DNA of 53,327 bases, filler included, from Catajapyx aquilonaris (GCA_000934665.2; 2 parts of 2 records of this genome joined end to end with filler, not necessarily neighbours in it); one strand, 5' to 3'; counted from the whole stretch's first letter, positions 22,246-35,900 are shown. Made by a program: numbers and translations. Notes: generated by a model from the sequence alone, not told the origin.

Positions 22246-25200
22246 TTTGATCTCCTCAAGCCTTCTAAGCTACTGTGAATGAGATGAGAGCAAGGCATAT
22301 GTTACTCTACACAGAAAAGCAACAAGACCTTCAACCCCTCATCTGTGCCAATCATGAAAGCAAACCCCTTCAGTGTATGGCATGCAACTGCACACCTGGC
22401 TGATATCTCGGCAACAGCTAGCTATCATCAAGAACAATGATAGGAGTACAATAGCACAGGTGGCCCAAATAATGGATTACCATGTGCTGTTTCTCAAACT
22501 TGAGCAATCATTATACATGAACACCATGATCATATTGAATCCATATCCAGCATGGAATGCATCAAATATTATGTATATTTCAATAAGACCAACCCTTAGT
22601 CTTACAATGGGGTAAAATGAGGTAAAATAAATATTATTCGAATGATATATTAATGCATAGGAAAGAAAGGGATTGCGCCAGAAAAATATGCAATGCTTTC
22701 CACTTATAAACAGCACAGGTACTTCCCTTATAAACGCAATTATCACTACACACTTAGGAGCGCTACGTAAAAAGCTTGCAAAAAAGCACGCCATGTATTA
22801 TGCATGGCAGATATCAACAAAGTACCCTTCAGATTGTATGTCACCTAACGTTCCAATACAATAATCTGAAAATAGCACACTGTTAGTGCTGGCATAAGAT
22901 GCCTTGTACTCTGTGTATGTGTACGCCAACATTTTATAGTCTAATAACATGCGAGCATAAGAACTCTTAAAAACAACCAATGCTATCAAACACCATACAG
23001 ACATTATCTCCCATTGCCCATGAACAGACTTTACGAGCTGCATTTACCTAGAATCAGCAACGTCAAACCTAATAAACGGCACACTCTGCCATAATTCAAA
23101 CGCACTTACAACAGTTAATATAAAGTGTTGTTGCCCGTCAAGATATCACACACACTGAAGGATCGAGATCGCCGCCACTCATCAGGTCATCCCCAAACGC
23201 TCATGCTGTGAAATCCGGCATATCACGTCCAAATACGAAGTAAACCCGTATAAATCCGCCTCTAAACGTTCCACACTGCACAATTCCGCTGGTAACCATA
23301 GAAAACAATTTATTATCGCAACAGTGCACAACATGCCATGAAACGTATTACCAGGTATTACAGAGAATTAATTTCCCCACTGCTTACAAGAGCCAACCTA
23401 GGAGTGGGAAAAACCCTTATGGTACCAAGGCAACCATCGATAGTCCTTTCCCCGGCGACTACATGTCGGGCGCCCCCCGCCCCCAATAGACGCAGAACAT
23501 TGACCAGCCGGAGCTCAGGGCAGGTACCTGCCATCTGTAGTCCCTCTACAAAAGCAAAAGCCGGAATAGAAATCTGGCCCAATAAATCAGATTAACCGCC
23601 CGTTTGATATTGGGAAGGACTATGGCCTTTGATATAGCCCTTTCCCACCGGAAGAAAAGGCCAGAGTCCAGAGTGGCGCAGAAGATAGGATAAAAATGAC
23701 CACTTGAAACTTACCCTACCAAGGGCACCAGTTTAAAAATACCGGGAACACACACAACAAACACCCGATGCAAACCAGGCAACTACTCGCGGTAACACCG
23801 AGCTATCACACCAATTTATGAGTGACCCGGTGACGTCACACTACAAACGAGACCACCAGTCATGGTGTGATTGGTGCTGCCTGCCTGCCCCGCCGCACGT
23901 CCTCCAAGCTCAGGCATGCCAAGGTCAATGTCGGCACGGGGCTGGAGGGTCAGGATGTGCCAGACCAGCAACCTGGAGGATCTCACCTTCCCAAGGACAA
24001 CCCGGCAAGGTCACGGTCCAAGGTCTGATCCAATACGGACACCTTATCGATTGTCCGGCTTATCACTCATCCGGGGATGGCCCACAAGAAACACCGCCAA
24101 CCTGTTGCGCACTCGATTGTTACGTCACACCAAGAAACAAGCAGCCGAAGAATAAACATGGAAAAGAGCCATCAGAAACTGACCTGCATTCTGATCAGGG
24201 GCAATCTCGAAATTGCACATGTGTCCTACTTTATGAAGCCGGATATATGTATAGACGCTATAGCAATTATTTTGAGCCGCGTTCTCCGGCCTGGTGCCAG
24301 CATATACAATCAGCACCCGCCAATAAATCGATTCGGAAGCGGATCTCATCAAGTTTGCGAATGCCGGAAAACCATGCCGCGAATAACTACGTCGCGTGAC
24401 TGACATACACCGCCGGATTCCAATCGGCATACGGCCGATTTTTCCAGATGCTACTTGCAACATGTCCACTTAGCATTTTTACTGACGTCGCATCCGACAA
24501 TACCCCCTCATTCATACAGTCTCGTTTACGTCACATCACTTTTTATCAATCCCAATCTCTTCTCAACAAACCGCGCGATTAGGTAACTACTACCCTCACG
24601 AAGGTTATAAAAGTCAGGCACGGGTCAATCGTGGAATTAATTGAACTCTAGATATTTGACCCGAGTGCCCCCTGGCTGTCACTAGGAGTCATCGGTCGCA
24701 CGTCATGTCTCGTGCTCCGTCGTGACGACGCTACCCTGCACCGCTCGCGGGTGACCAACCTTCCTTCTCTATATTTCCTGAGTCATGGTAACCCAAGGAG
24801 ACGTCTCCTAGTAATCATCCATCGATTCATTCCCCTGCTGGCTGCTACGAACCTCATTTTTGACCCAAGGCCATGCTGGGGCAAAATCAACATATGTTTC
24901 GACGACGCCACGTCACTCTATACCAGATACGCAGCTTGACGTGCCTGTATACACACTCGGAAAGTATACATTGATATTCGATAATTCCGACGATTGGCCC
25001 CCACTGCTAAATACGCAGAAAGTCCAAGTGGTTCGTGCGATGTCCAAGAAACGGCCGTTCCCACGTGTTGTAGCGTCCTCATTTATCGCACTCCCATATC
25101 GATGCTATACAAACATACGCATCAGAAAAGTTGATTACACCTTATCCAAGAGGATATCCGGCTGGTTGTTATCTAGCAGTAGCACGAAAGTCGTGGCTCG

Positions 25201-26580
25201 CGTTATACCACACAATTGAATAATATTCAACGCACAAAAAGGACGAAAAAATAACATCAACAAATCGGATCGCAAAATCAATTTGTACGCCGTTTCAAAG
25301 CAGGAAACCAAATTACCGCATGCCCTTTTCCGCCCTCAGATTGACAACTACAGCATCGACCAGATGACACGACAATACTGTTTCAGCACATGTACCAAAA
25401 GTACATGTCTGCCCTGCCCCAATACAGAATGATGCAATATAGAGCAATGACCGACGCCCAGGATCATTGTCGGGATGGCCGTCATACGCATATCCAGTAA
25501 CTAGATTTTGCTAATATAAAGTCATTTGATCATTCGGTGACATAGCTGAACGCAACCCCGAGCATACCTGTCTGGTGTGGATCAAAGCCACTTCCTATTA
25601 GCAGTCGCCGACAACCACGCGGGGTCTCACCCTACCTCCGCATTATAAAGCAATAACAGCCGCGTAATATAATTCCGCCCGTCAGAGCACACGCCCCGTA
25701 AATGACAGCACCCCCTAAATTGTCAAGACTCCCCCGCTAATAGCCCCTCCAGATATGCCCCCCTTACAGCTCAGCATCTACGCCTCCTAAATATGCGTCC
25801 CAGCATCTGGACCCCCCAACCACCCCCTTATGGCGCATCGACTCGATCAAGCTCTTGTCCCGCCTAAAAACCTGTCCACCATAAAACCGGGTCATGATAA
25901 ACTGCCAGGAGAGGTGTGGAGGCAATGACCCAACATTAACCCCTGGGATTGCGGTCAAACCCACCCACCCACCCCGGATAAAACCTGCGACATACCTGGA
26001 GAAGAAGACTGGTCAGTGCAACTGGCTCATCCAGAGGTGAACTGTGTGATCTGTCCTGCACGACGCTGATCTCCAAACAGACGGTCGCAGTTGTTGGATG
26101 CGTTTTGCTCAGGGAATGGGGGTTGGGGGTGGTGGAGCCCAGCTATACGTATATATACATGGGGGCGGAGGATCGATAGGCTTCCCTAGCACTTTGTTCA
26201 GGGTATACCCAGCAGAGTGCACCTGTCTGATTATCGGAAAACCCCCCTCGCCATCTTGGTTCCCAGACATTGCCTACGTGCCATTTTCAACGGAACAAGA
26301 CAGAAAAAAAATAGGTCCGATGTCTGGAGAAGGTTGACCGTCATCAGGTCCACTTTTTCCCTCAATTAAAAAAAGAAACTAGGGCAGTAGTCAGACGACA
26401 CGTGAGTTTATAGACCTGTTTGCGAGGTTGCAGCCTTGGACCTACAATTTTGTTAACAAAAATGACCAATTACGCAACACACAGCGTTGACTGGACAAAG
26501 GAATGTCAAGGTCCCATCGTCTCATTTCAATACGAACATCCCCACATCTGCATCGCAACAAAAGAAGCGGACATCCTGGT

Positions 26581-26680
26581 NNNNNNNNNNNNNNNNNNNN
26601 NNNNNNNNNNNNNNNNNNNNNNNNTTAATTAATTAANNNNNNNNNNNNNNNNNNNNNNNNNNNNNNNNNNNNNNNNNNNN
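26581..26680. other. Artificial scaffold linker: 44 N + TTAATTAATTAA + 44 N
   Basis: Exactly 100 bp, symmetric, with a six-frame stop oligomer; an assembly artefact. Confidence 0.95.
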
Positions 26681-29284
26681 CGTCGTGTCATATATATTTT
26701 CAATGGTATTTTATGACGGTATGAAGGTGCATGATGCGAATTTGTCTCTTACACCACTGCATTTGGCGCATTGGACATGTAAGCCTTTATATTTCACAGA
26801 CTGCGACAATAATTGCGCTTTTTCTCACCCTCTGCAAATTCTCCGGTGACAAAAAAAAAAACTGTGGTCACTTAATCATCCGTAAATTCGCATCATTCCG
26901 AGTCATTTTTAAGCAAAATTTGTTAAAAATTATTCGCATCACTATTTCCGCCCCCCGCCACATGTGCCGACACCGAGCATTCCTGATAACAATCGCACAG
27001 CACCGTCCATAAAATCTGATTCATTTATTCAAATTCCCTGCCTCTAGGCCGACTCTGCCCGTTCTGACCAAACCGACAATAAACCCGTTTCATGAGAAAA
27101 GTAACGGCTCAACCGTGGAGCCCTACGTTGTTCGCACATGCTCTAATTACAGAAACGACTGCACAATGTCGGACCCAAAAAAGAGCCATGGAAAAAAAAG
27201 ANAAAAAAACCCCCCCCCCCCCCCCCCCCCGAGTTTTTGGACGCGCGGGTTTTGGCCAAAACGCGGCGCAAATGATGGAAGCCGCTCCTACACAACTTGA
27301 TCAATATGCTCGATGTCCCATTTTATGCTGCTGGAAGGAGACGCCAGAAACGCCTCGTTATTTTTGGGGGGAGGGAGCCCTTCCCTCGCCCAGCAATGGG
27401 TGTCATGGGTGACGTCCGACTCATCCATGTCTCTCCGCCGTGATTAATCGCTGGCTGGAAAAACCGGCCTAATTCCCAAACCAGACAACAAAACTCAATT
27501 TGCCGCTCCTTACAATTCAGTCAGATAGCTTTTTAAAAATATTAGTTCGCTCAACCTACTATTTGTAACTAATATTTTTCGTACCCATAAATTAACCCCG
27601 TTTGTGGCAGTAAAATCCAACAAATGGACTGTTGGAACCTACATGTACAACCGCCTTTCATCAGCAACGCGCTCTAATTATAGCCGATTCTATAGGCTAC
27701 AGCCAAGTCCGCGAAGCTCGTAAAAAGGGTTCAAGTGGGGATGAAACAATGACCGGCAATATCGAAGGAGCCCACAGGCCCCCACCTTCCGGATTCACAA
27801 TCGCGACTCTTTGACTTTTCCAAAGATTGCCATGACTCACACTCACCGGGCCATAAATCACCATTCTCCATCGCCTCTAGGGGGTTAGTTAGTTAGGCTA
27901 ACAAACTCACCCGGAATCTACCGCATCGAGGAAAACTACCTGAATCAATCACTGCCCACCAAGGTGGGGCCCACGTCACTCCTATAGCTGTACCTATTCA
28001 AATGACTGGGGGAAGGGCTCCCAAAATATTTCCGCTTTTTAAGGGACGATATTTTAAAAGTAGTGAATTAATTTGGAAAATTGCTTAGCCGATTAGTGAA
28101 ATTTGGTGGGCCCATAAAAATTCGTTCAAATTAAACCGAAAACAACTCAAAATATTTCTGGTTGAGTTACAGCTCCCCTCAATGGCATTTTACTGAACTC
28201 GAGCAATGTGCTAATGCCACAGATCTAATAAATCCGATCATGAGCCGGATCAATCAGAAGTGACAAGAATAAACCGTCAGTGATTAGCAACCTGGGAATC
28301 TGCCAGAAATCTCTGAATCCCATCCGGAATCTAGGAATGAGAATCCTGGAATGTCGGACCCCACCCGCACCCGGATGAAATTCTAATCCCAGCCATCACC
28401 GTTCATAATACAATCAGACTCATTATTCGTGCAAAAAACGAACTCCCATAATTCGAAGTAATATTTGAGAAGTAGATACTGTGGAAAATAAATGCCAACA
28501 TGCTTTCTTTGTCGATCTCGAACCTGATTATAGAAGTCCGTCCGGCCGCAGCTGTCTTTTCCCCTTCTCCCGTCCTCCTTTTCAAAATGCATTCTTCTCC
28601 AAGCTGCTCAGACTAGCTTTTTTTTCTTTTCCTTTTTTTTCATCCCCTCTTCTCTTTCTCCAGTGACCACTTCTTCCCCCAACTAGTCTCCTCCGATTTG
28701 GCTGGCTGTACCCGTTCATCGGACCGGAGGCCATCATTTTCAGGCCTACCACCTTTTGCTCGGATACAGTCACACATCTTATAATAATAATTGGCGTCGT
28801 ATATCCTTAAATGACACCTTTTTTTTAACGATCCGAATGGTACATGGGGACATCCCACGTAACGAGAAAATTGCAGGAGGTAAACAAGTTCCCTTCGATT
28901 ATTATCGACCAATCCAATCAGACGCGGGATATCAAGTCGACAGCAAAAATAACTGTATGGTTGGCTTACCTATCTGCCACTTCCGCGTTATGAGCGGGGA
29001 AAGTCGGAAAATGAATTTCCGCCAAGATTGGGTTCCTGTATAAGCGTCGGGGAGAAATGTGTACACATGTATGATGTACGGTCCAAATCGAGCATGATTT
29101 CGCGGGCACGTGGTGCAATAACACGGACAAGAAAATCCGAGGGGAATCCTCAGGCATTCCATTTCAGGGGCGTTCTTCAGGCGCTCAAGGAACGTCGGAA
29201 AAACAACAACGCAGTCATGCAATAACAGTAAACGAGGAAAGAATCCATCGTGACGGTCACCTCGAGGATAGTTTACTTCAAGCG

Positions 29285-29648
29285 GGGGAGGTGTGGTGGC
29301 CGTGATGGTAACGTCACGGCTTGCTGAGCGAAAGGCCCCAGGTTCGATCCCCGCCTGGGGAACTATCCTTTCGCCTGCGTCGGGAGGGTCTCTGACCTGC
29401 ACCAAGGAGGTGTCTGGCAACCTAACCTCCTGGGGAACAGCACATGACCCAGTTGTTGACATTGCACTTGCACTTACGTTCCCTCCCCAAAAATCCCTTC
29501 CCCTACCCTACATCCTTGACTCCTTGCACCGGTGTACGAAGAAAAGTGTGTATACACATAGAAAACTGATGGTGGTGAGCCACCCCCCTATAGGGCTTAG
29601 GGCCCACAACGGGGTACATAATAAAAAAATAATAAAAAAATAATAATA
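29285..29648 (+). mobile_element. tRNA-derived SINE (family B), full length
   Basis: Perfect 17-bp TSD ATAGTTTACTTCAAGCG (29268-29284, 29649-29665). A-box TGGCCGTGATGG, B-box GGTTCGATCCC, and an A/TAA-rich tail. A second copy is at 52461. Confidence 0.92.
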
Positions 29649-31839
29649 ATAGTTTACTTCAAGCGTCACAAGTATATTGTTGCGATTTAGACGTACCAAT
29701 TTGCATGTCCAAAAATTGGCTATTCATCCAGCCATATGCCGTCAGCATCGCAACCTGGGCTAAGTGGCAATTGACGAGAATATTTCGTTGCTAGGGGGTA
29801 TATGCACTGTACTGCACCAATGCACTGCACTCGTCATGAAAGTTGGCTAACGACCAACCATTGTCGCCTATACAGTTCATTATAAGGCTCCGATTCATAG
29901 CAATAACGGTGCCTGCACGCCCTATGTCATTTCCTCCTTGACCGCACATAACCTGAGCGACACTATATAGCGTAATCAAATAGCGAATTCCGCGTAAACA
30001 GGTCACCTCAGCCTCCGTTTCCGTCCGCCTTGAACCCCCGACAATTGCAAAAAGCCGGTAACCATGGCCCCCGATGCAATACACATCATCAGACGCCGAT
30101 CAAATCTCAAAAATTCATCCTTCCTCCTTCCCTCCCCGTTACATTGCGTCTATCCGCATTTGCGGCCCGTGCTCGGTCACTCGGCAACCTGTTCATTTTT
30201 GTCAACCTATCCCCCGACATGGAAGGCTTCCCGATGTAATTATTTGCGACCAGCATCAAAGTGCCTCCGTCTGCCCGTTTGATACACCCACACAGGCCTG
30301 CTACAGGTACCCCCCCACCTATACTCCCTGGCCTCATCCATCCATCCACCCACCCACCCACATGACTCACCCGCAAAATGAGACCTATATGTGTGCGTTC
30401 AGAAACAGCCGACCAGAATCCCACAGCACGGATTCTTTTTAATGCCTGCGTGAGTGTATGCAATGAGGCTCAAGGACGTCGCCCACCAACTTGGCAGCCT
30501 TTTCTCAATATCTATTCTATCTAGCGCTCGCTCTCTCTGGACTGGCGGCTCTCTCTAATGTAGTACTGCACAGTAAGAAACGGGCTGGTGACTGATGCCA
30601 TTGTTACAACCGGCCTTTGTCGCAAGTAGTCAATATTTAAAAGGCACATTACTGGAAAGGGTCGTGTTAGTTGCCCTCGTGACTACTGGTCCAGGCGGCG
30701 CACTACACCACTATGAAAAGTAGGCACGCCTATAGGACAAAACCACGATTAAGAAAAGCAACTTCCCTATTCCCCCCACTCCCTCCTCCCTCTTCTACCT
30801 GGGCAGAAGCATCGGTTTGTCTCTTGGAAGGGGCCTTGAAGAAGCAAAACCCTTGGAGCGGAACCGGGCTAAATGCACGGAAAGGGGGAGAGTGGGGAAA
30901 TTGGGGGAGAGGGGGTTAAGGGGGTGGCAACAAGCAGGCAAAACTGCACTCCGATACTCCTTCTTACCTGTATTTTCAGCCATCCTTTTAAATCATGCCC
31001 GCAAAGCACCTGCCGCGGATAATCCGAACTACATAGCATTGTCCGCAAAGAGAAAATAATGTCGCCCAATAACCGATGCGCCGAGAGAAATAACAACTTT
31101 CCCTACATGAAATACACTGTGGATCATTCCAGTCTGTCAGACTACACTTTCTCCCAGATCCGGAAGGCCCTCAAAAAAATTCGGCGCATTTCTCATACAT
31201 AACGCTTGCAGTCAAGCATCGCCGCGGCTCCAACACTACCGGTCAGACCTCTACTAAAAACCTAATGAAGCGTGACGTAGCCATATGTGATTTATTTGCC
31301 GCAAAATTTTCCTTAAGGGGTGTCCAAATCGGTATCGACGCCTCGGCTCCGCAGCTGCAGCAACTGCAGTGATGCTTGGGGGGGGTACCCCGTAGGACAA
31401 TATTTCCCGTCTCTCTTCCCCCACTCTCTTCCTCTCACAACCTAGGCCCCATCGATTCAGACATAATGTGCAAGCGCAACGAGATGCACAGTTACATGTT
31501 GTCTCATTCGTATTAATGCGTGTATTTTTACCACAGGATTTCTGAGTCAAACCAACACCAGTTATGGGATTAGTCCCAATAATTCACTTCGCGGCCAAAA
31601 TACTTGACGTCATCGATCCAACTGGCCCGTCTTAATTAACGGTCGGAATCGATCCCCAAATTGGCAGAAAGACTGATGTGACCAAACATGTCGCGTCTGA
31701 CTGGCAATCATGGAGTTTCTATAGACTTGGATTTTCTGCATGCATTGCGGTTGCACTCGGTTCTGTTGCGGTACCCCCAAGAACGCAGTTGAAATCACTT
31801 GATGACAACCGGCACCCTGACTATACCTGCTCACCCGCC

Positions 31840-32910
31840 CTAACCAACCTGTACCGGCTCTGTCGTGACGGATGAACGTCGGCTGCGGGTACGACGGCTG
31901 CGACGGCGGCTACGGAGGATATGGCGGTGGATATAGCGGATCCAGGGGATACGATGGAGGTTGCGGAGGTTGCGGCGGCTGCGACGACGGTTACGACGGC
32001 TACGTCGACGGCTACGTCGGCGGTTACGGCGGTTACGTCGACGGCTACGGCGGTTGCGACGGCGGCTACGGCGGTTACTGCGGCTACGACGCTGGTTATC
32101 GCGGCGGTAACAGCAGAAACAGCAGGGGCAGCATTGGCGGCAGCAGCAGAGACAGCAGGGGCAGCAGGAGCAGCAAGGGCAGTCTTGTTGCGGTGAATGA
32201 CCGATCCTGGCGGCGCAGTTGAAGCATGACATGCCGCCCCATGACATACGTACCACTTGGTTCATGAACATCGGACGTTGGGCCACTCCCAGCTGGGTCA
32301 TTGCCGGTGGAAACGGCGGTGTTCTCGGCTGCCGCTGAAACATCCGCAGCGGCGGGGGTGGTGGTATAAACGGCGGAGGCGGTAGCCACCATCGCGGCCG
32401 TGCCGGTAGGGGCGGCTGCAGATCAACCGGCGACAATGTCATATTCTCCAGTGGGACCATCGGCTGAAAGGTCGGAAGTGGGAGCCCCGACGGAAGTAAC
32501 AGTGGCGATAGGGCCATCGGCTGGTAAGCTGGATGGCACAGGACGAATATCGGTGGGGTCATAGATTGACGGGCATCGACGGGTATGGGCTGGCGAACCA
32601 TTGGCCGGCCGGTCATCGGCGGTGTTGGGGCCATAGCCTGCTGGTTTGTTGCAGGTCGGACCCCTGTCATGTTGGCCATCGGTTCCTGCCGCCGAGCCTC
32701 TCTCCTCCTCTGCTTCCTCTTGTCACTGGACCGAACAGGTGGCATAACCACAAACACAATAGGCACAACCGAACAGCTCAATCGGTGGTCACTATCTGAA
32801 GCCCTGGACCTCCGTCTCCAACTCCTCCAAGTACTGCAACTTCCCGCTTCCCCACCTCCACCTCCACCGGATTTATCTACCCTGTCTGGTAGTACTCGTA
32901 CTGTTCTCAT
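31840..32910 (-). CDS. Hypothetical low-complexity protein (basic N-terminus, Pro-rich, CCHC-like knuckle, Cys-rich, Arg-rich), 356 aa or 301 aa from ATG 32745
   Basis: Longest ORF in the window and GC-rich; contains CFNCAARIGHSPQQDC. No recognisable family, and the coding frame of the repeat part is ambiguous. Confidence 0.3.
   Translation of the reverse strand: MRTVRVLPDRVDKSGGGGGGEAGSCSTWRSWRRRSRASDSDHRLSCSVVPIVFVVMPPVRSSDKRKQRRREARRQEPMANMTGVRPATNQQAMAPTPPMTGRPMVRQPIPVDARQSMTPPIFVLCHPAYQPMALSPLLLPSGLPLPTFQPMVPLENMTLSPVDLQPPLPARPRWWLPPPPFIPPPPPLRMFQRQPRTPPFPPAMTQLGVAQRPMFMNQVVRMSWGGMSCFNCAARIGHSPQQDCPCCSCCPCCLCCCRQCCPCCFCCYRRDNQRRSRSNRRSRRRNRRSRRRNRRNRRRSRRRSRRNRRRSRRNLRNLHRIPWIRYIHRHILRSRRRSRRTRSRRSSVTTEPVQVG
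31880..32180. repeat. Degenerate 3/9-bp-period GC-rich tandem repeat (GACGGCTAC / GGCGGTTAC units, then CAGCAGNNN units)
   Basis: Read directly from the sequence. Confidence 0.8.
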
Positions 32911-35900
32911 GATCCGCCTCCAGTAGCAAGATTACGTAAGTGTCAGTAGTGCAAGCTCCTCCTCTTCAGCAGACTCTAATCAGCTGGAATCCGTCATCAA
33001 ACCCAATGGGCAACTGCTTGCCTTGCACTTTGCCTCTTCTTCGGTTGCAACTGCCCTTGACCATGCCCTTGTTCCTCATTTTGCAGTGTATTGCGTCAAG
33101 CAATCCTGCACCTGCTGTCCGCCACCGTGGGAATCTCAACGCCTCCGATAAAGAACGAAAATAATATTTCCGTTCTAGATACGCATATACTTGGTGCACG
33201 TAGACAACCCATTCCAGAGAAAATTGCACACCCTGTGCAGCCTTCGAAGCCAGGCATCGGCGGCACGCGCCACACGGGTTCAGCAGCATCAGTACCAAAT
33301 CGGATTAAGGCAGGTTAATAGGAATACAATCGTGTGGAGTGACAGACAGCAGCAGGCGATCAGTGGTAATTGTCACCTCGACGGGCTCCATAAATCTGAC
33401 ACTAACACGAGGAGCAAAAATCCGCGTGTACAAATTCTGAATTAATCATTACGAAGCGCCCGCGTATATGGCAAAAAAAACCGATGGCCATCAATCCATT
33501 TTGCCAATTCGGGGAGTCGCCAAAACATTATTCCGTGACATTAAAATATCGCATCGAAGTGTCACAAATGACACCCGCAGAAATATTGCCCCTGCAATCG
33601 GAAAGCTCCATCAAGTCAGAAAGACAATGCTCGAAAAAGCATACCCCCGCTCCATATATGACGTCCCAAACATTTTGGGAGGACCCATGACAGCCTAGTG
33701 ACTGACAGTAGATGTGGGCGGTAGTCGTCTATAAAGATGCCACACTGCAACATCAGCCACACTCCTAATTACTTTTTCCACAAGGATAATGGCGCATCAT
33801 GTGGCTTCCCAGCAAAAATCTCTTGCTCTTGGAACATTCCCACCCCTGCTGGATGCCCTTCCCTGGAAACTGCCCAGGACACCCGAGTCCATTATCCTGG
33901 TCGGTCCATTATGCTCAACGTCTATCGAAGCCATACCGGGGGCAGCTCCACTCACTTTCATGGGCCTTTGTTTCGTGTTTGGGATGTCCCCAAGTACCAT
34001 CTTCATCTCCTCTACCCTTCCTCTTACAATACCCGCCACCCATTCCCCCAATTGATGCATTTGATCTGGATTGCCTTTACTGGCTCGGTAAAGAGCCTTC
34101 GAACCAGGATTGCTCGTTTCGCGCGTTCTTTCTCGAGGTGTGGTGTCCTCGTGCCTAGTGGTACTATCAGCCAAATATTGCTTACACTGTCCTTTCGCGT
34201 ATGTATCCTGCGAGTGCCACTACCTGCACTCTCTCGACGAGTGAGTCGGCCTGCTGATAGTGGCACTCACAGGATATGTACGAACAACTAGTGCTATGAC
34301 AGTGTCCGAAGCCCCCCCACGGTCCGATAGAACTGCATATAATTTTGTTAAGTATGCCACTGGACAACCATCAGCACTCGGCCACGGTAAAATTCTCAGA
34401 AAAAAAATGTGCTGATGGTTGTATAGCGCCATGATTATTTTTTTCCTAAAGTTTTTTTTTTTTTACATGTTATGTAATTCTACTTGGGTAAAGTGCAACC
34501 TCTAGGTGCGAGCTCGGTGCAAGCCGGTGCAAGCCGGTTCAAGGCAAATCCAACCTATACGCCAGTAACATGAGAGATACCCGTCGGTTCTCACCCATTT
34601 CAGTTTGAAACCTGACCTGCTCCTTGGGTAGCCTGGTTCCCGTGAATTGGATATCGCGTGTGCAGCAGCACGGGAGCATAGTCCAGATAGCCTCTCTGGG
34701 GCATAAAGTTTCAGGCAGACGGCGTTATTTTTTGTGTGGATACATTGCACAACTGATCTTATACGCTCACACTGACTCATGGTCACACCAACTTATAGTT
34801 ATACTTTTCAATGCATTCGAGTGATGGTTTAATGAATGTCTTATGAACAAAACCAACGGTCCTATCGCGCTTGTAACCTACACATAGACGGAGTTATATA
34901 CCAACAGACTAATCACTTCATTTGTGAATAATTGCACGAATCAATTTAACAATTATACAACTATTATAATAATAGTTGTACTACACCAACAATCGGTTTG
35001 ACAAGTAGAACTAACGGGGGGGGGGGGGGGGGGGNGTGCGGGTACAGTGAATGCCAGAGGATTACGGTGGGAAACCAACTCCTTTGATCAGGTGTACCGA
35101 AGAGGCGGTACCTCGGGAGCATCACGTTACAAGCGTGGAGCACCGACATAGCACAGTCTGGGTATATTCGTGATGCAAAATAGTCGCGGTACACAACGAA
35201 ACGTACCAGCTTTCCGCAAGTGACTACCCCCTGCAGGTGTACTCAATATTTATTCTTTACATGGAGATTTATGGTGATAAACCGGATTGATAAATTGTGG
35301 CCCCCTCCCTCCCCTCACCCCCGATGACCATTCACTCATTTAGAAAGTGCACAGTTGAGCCCCTAATTTCCCAAGCACCACAGGAGCACCCCCCTAATCG
35401 AACACCTCGGAGAACACAAGGTGTGCACCGGGTCACCCAAGTGACCACATCCTCTCGAGCGAATGCTATTTCCCCATTACCACCATGATAGATACCAAAT
35501 CCATAAAAACTTTCAGGTGAAAAACCCCTCCCGAACCTTGCATCACGTACCGTGACTCAACATGCGCTATCTGCAATTTGTACCCCGTTCCGGACAGCCA
35601 TGCTATTTAAAATAGAAATATTACTGATACGTTGCGTGATCCTGCAGCCCGTGTTAATTAAAGCGCCTGAAATAATTTCCCCTGTGGAAACACCACTTAA
35701 ACCGCATTTGTCAATTACTTACCCCGCGCACGCATCAAGACCGTTTTAATAGCCGTGTAAGTTTATAGGGAAGCCACTCAACCTGACGCAAGGTTACCGG
35801 TTCAGCATAAAACCTGGCCCAAATCGTGAGCACCACATATTCCTCAGTAATCAAGCACAAAATGTCTTGCACCGACCTTCCCCACCATCGGGGTCGGCTG

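Noticed and set aside
23818..24399. 193-aa plus-strand ORF
   Set aside because: No family similarity or splice support; it lies in CpG-rich regulatory-looking DNA.
26625..26636. Perfect palindrome TTAATTAATTAA isolated between N runs
   Set aside because: Synthetic six-frame-stop scaffold linker, not biological.
29285..29365. tRNA gene-like sequence (also 4625-4699 and 8174-8250)
   Set aside because: It continues into a repeated body with a tail and TSDs, so these are SINE heads rather than tRNA genes.
33528..33728. SRCR-domain-like peptide (AHIYCQSLGC...AGVICD) on the minus strand
   Set aside because: Cys spacing is incomplete, it is flanked by stops, and no supporting exons were found; the resemblance is too weak without an HMM search.
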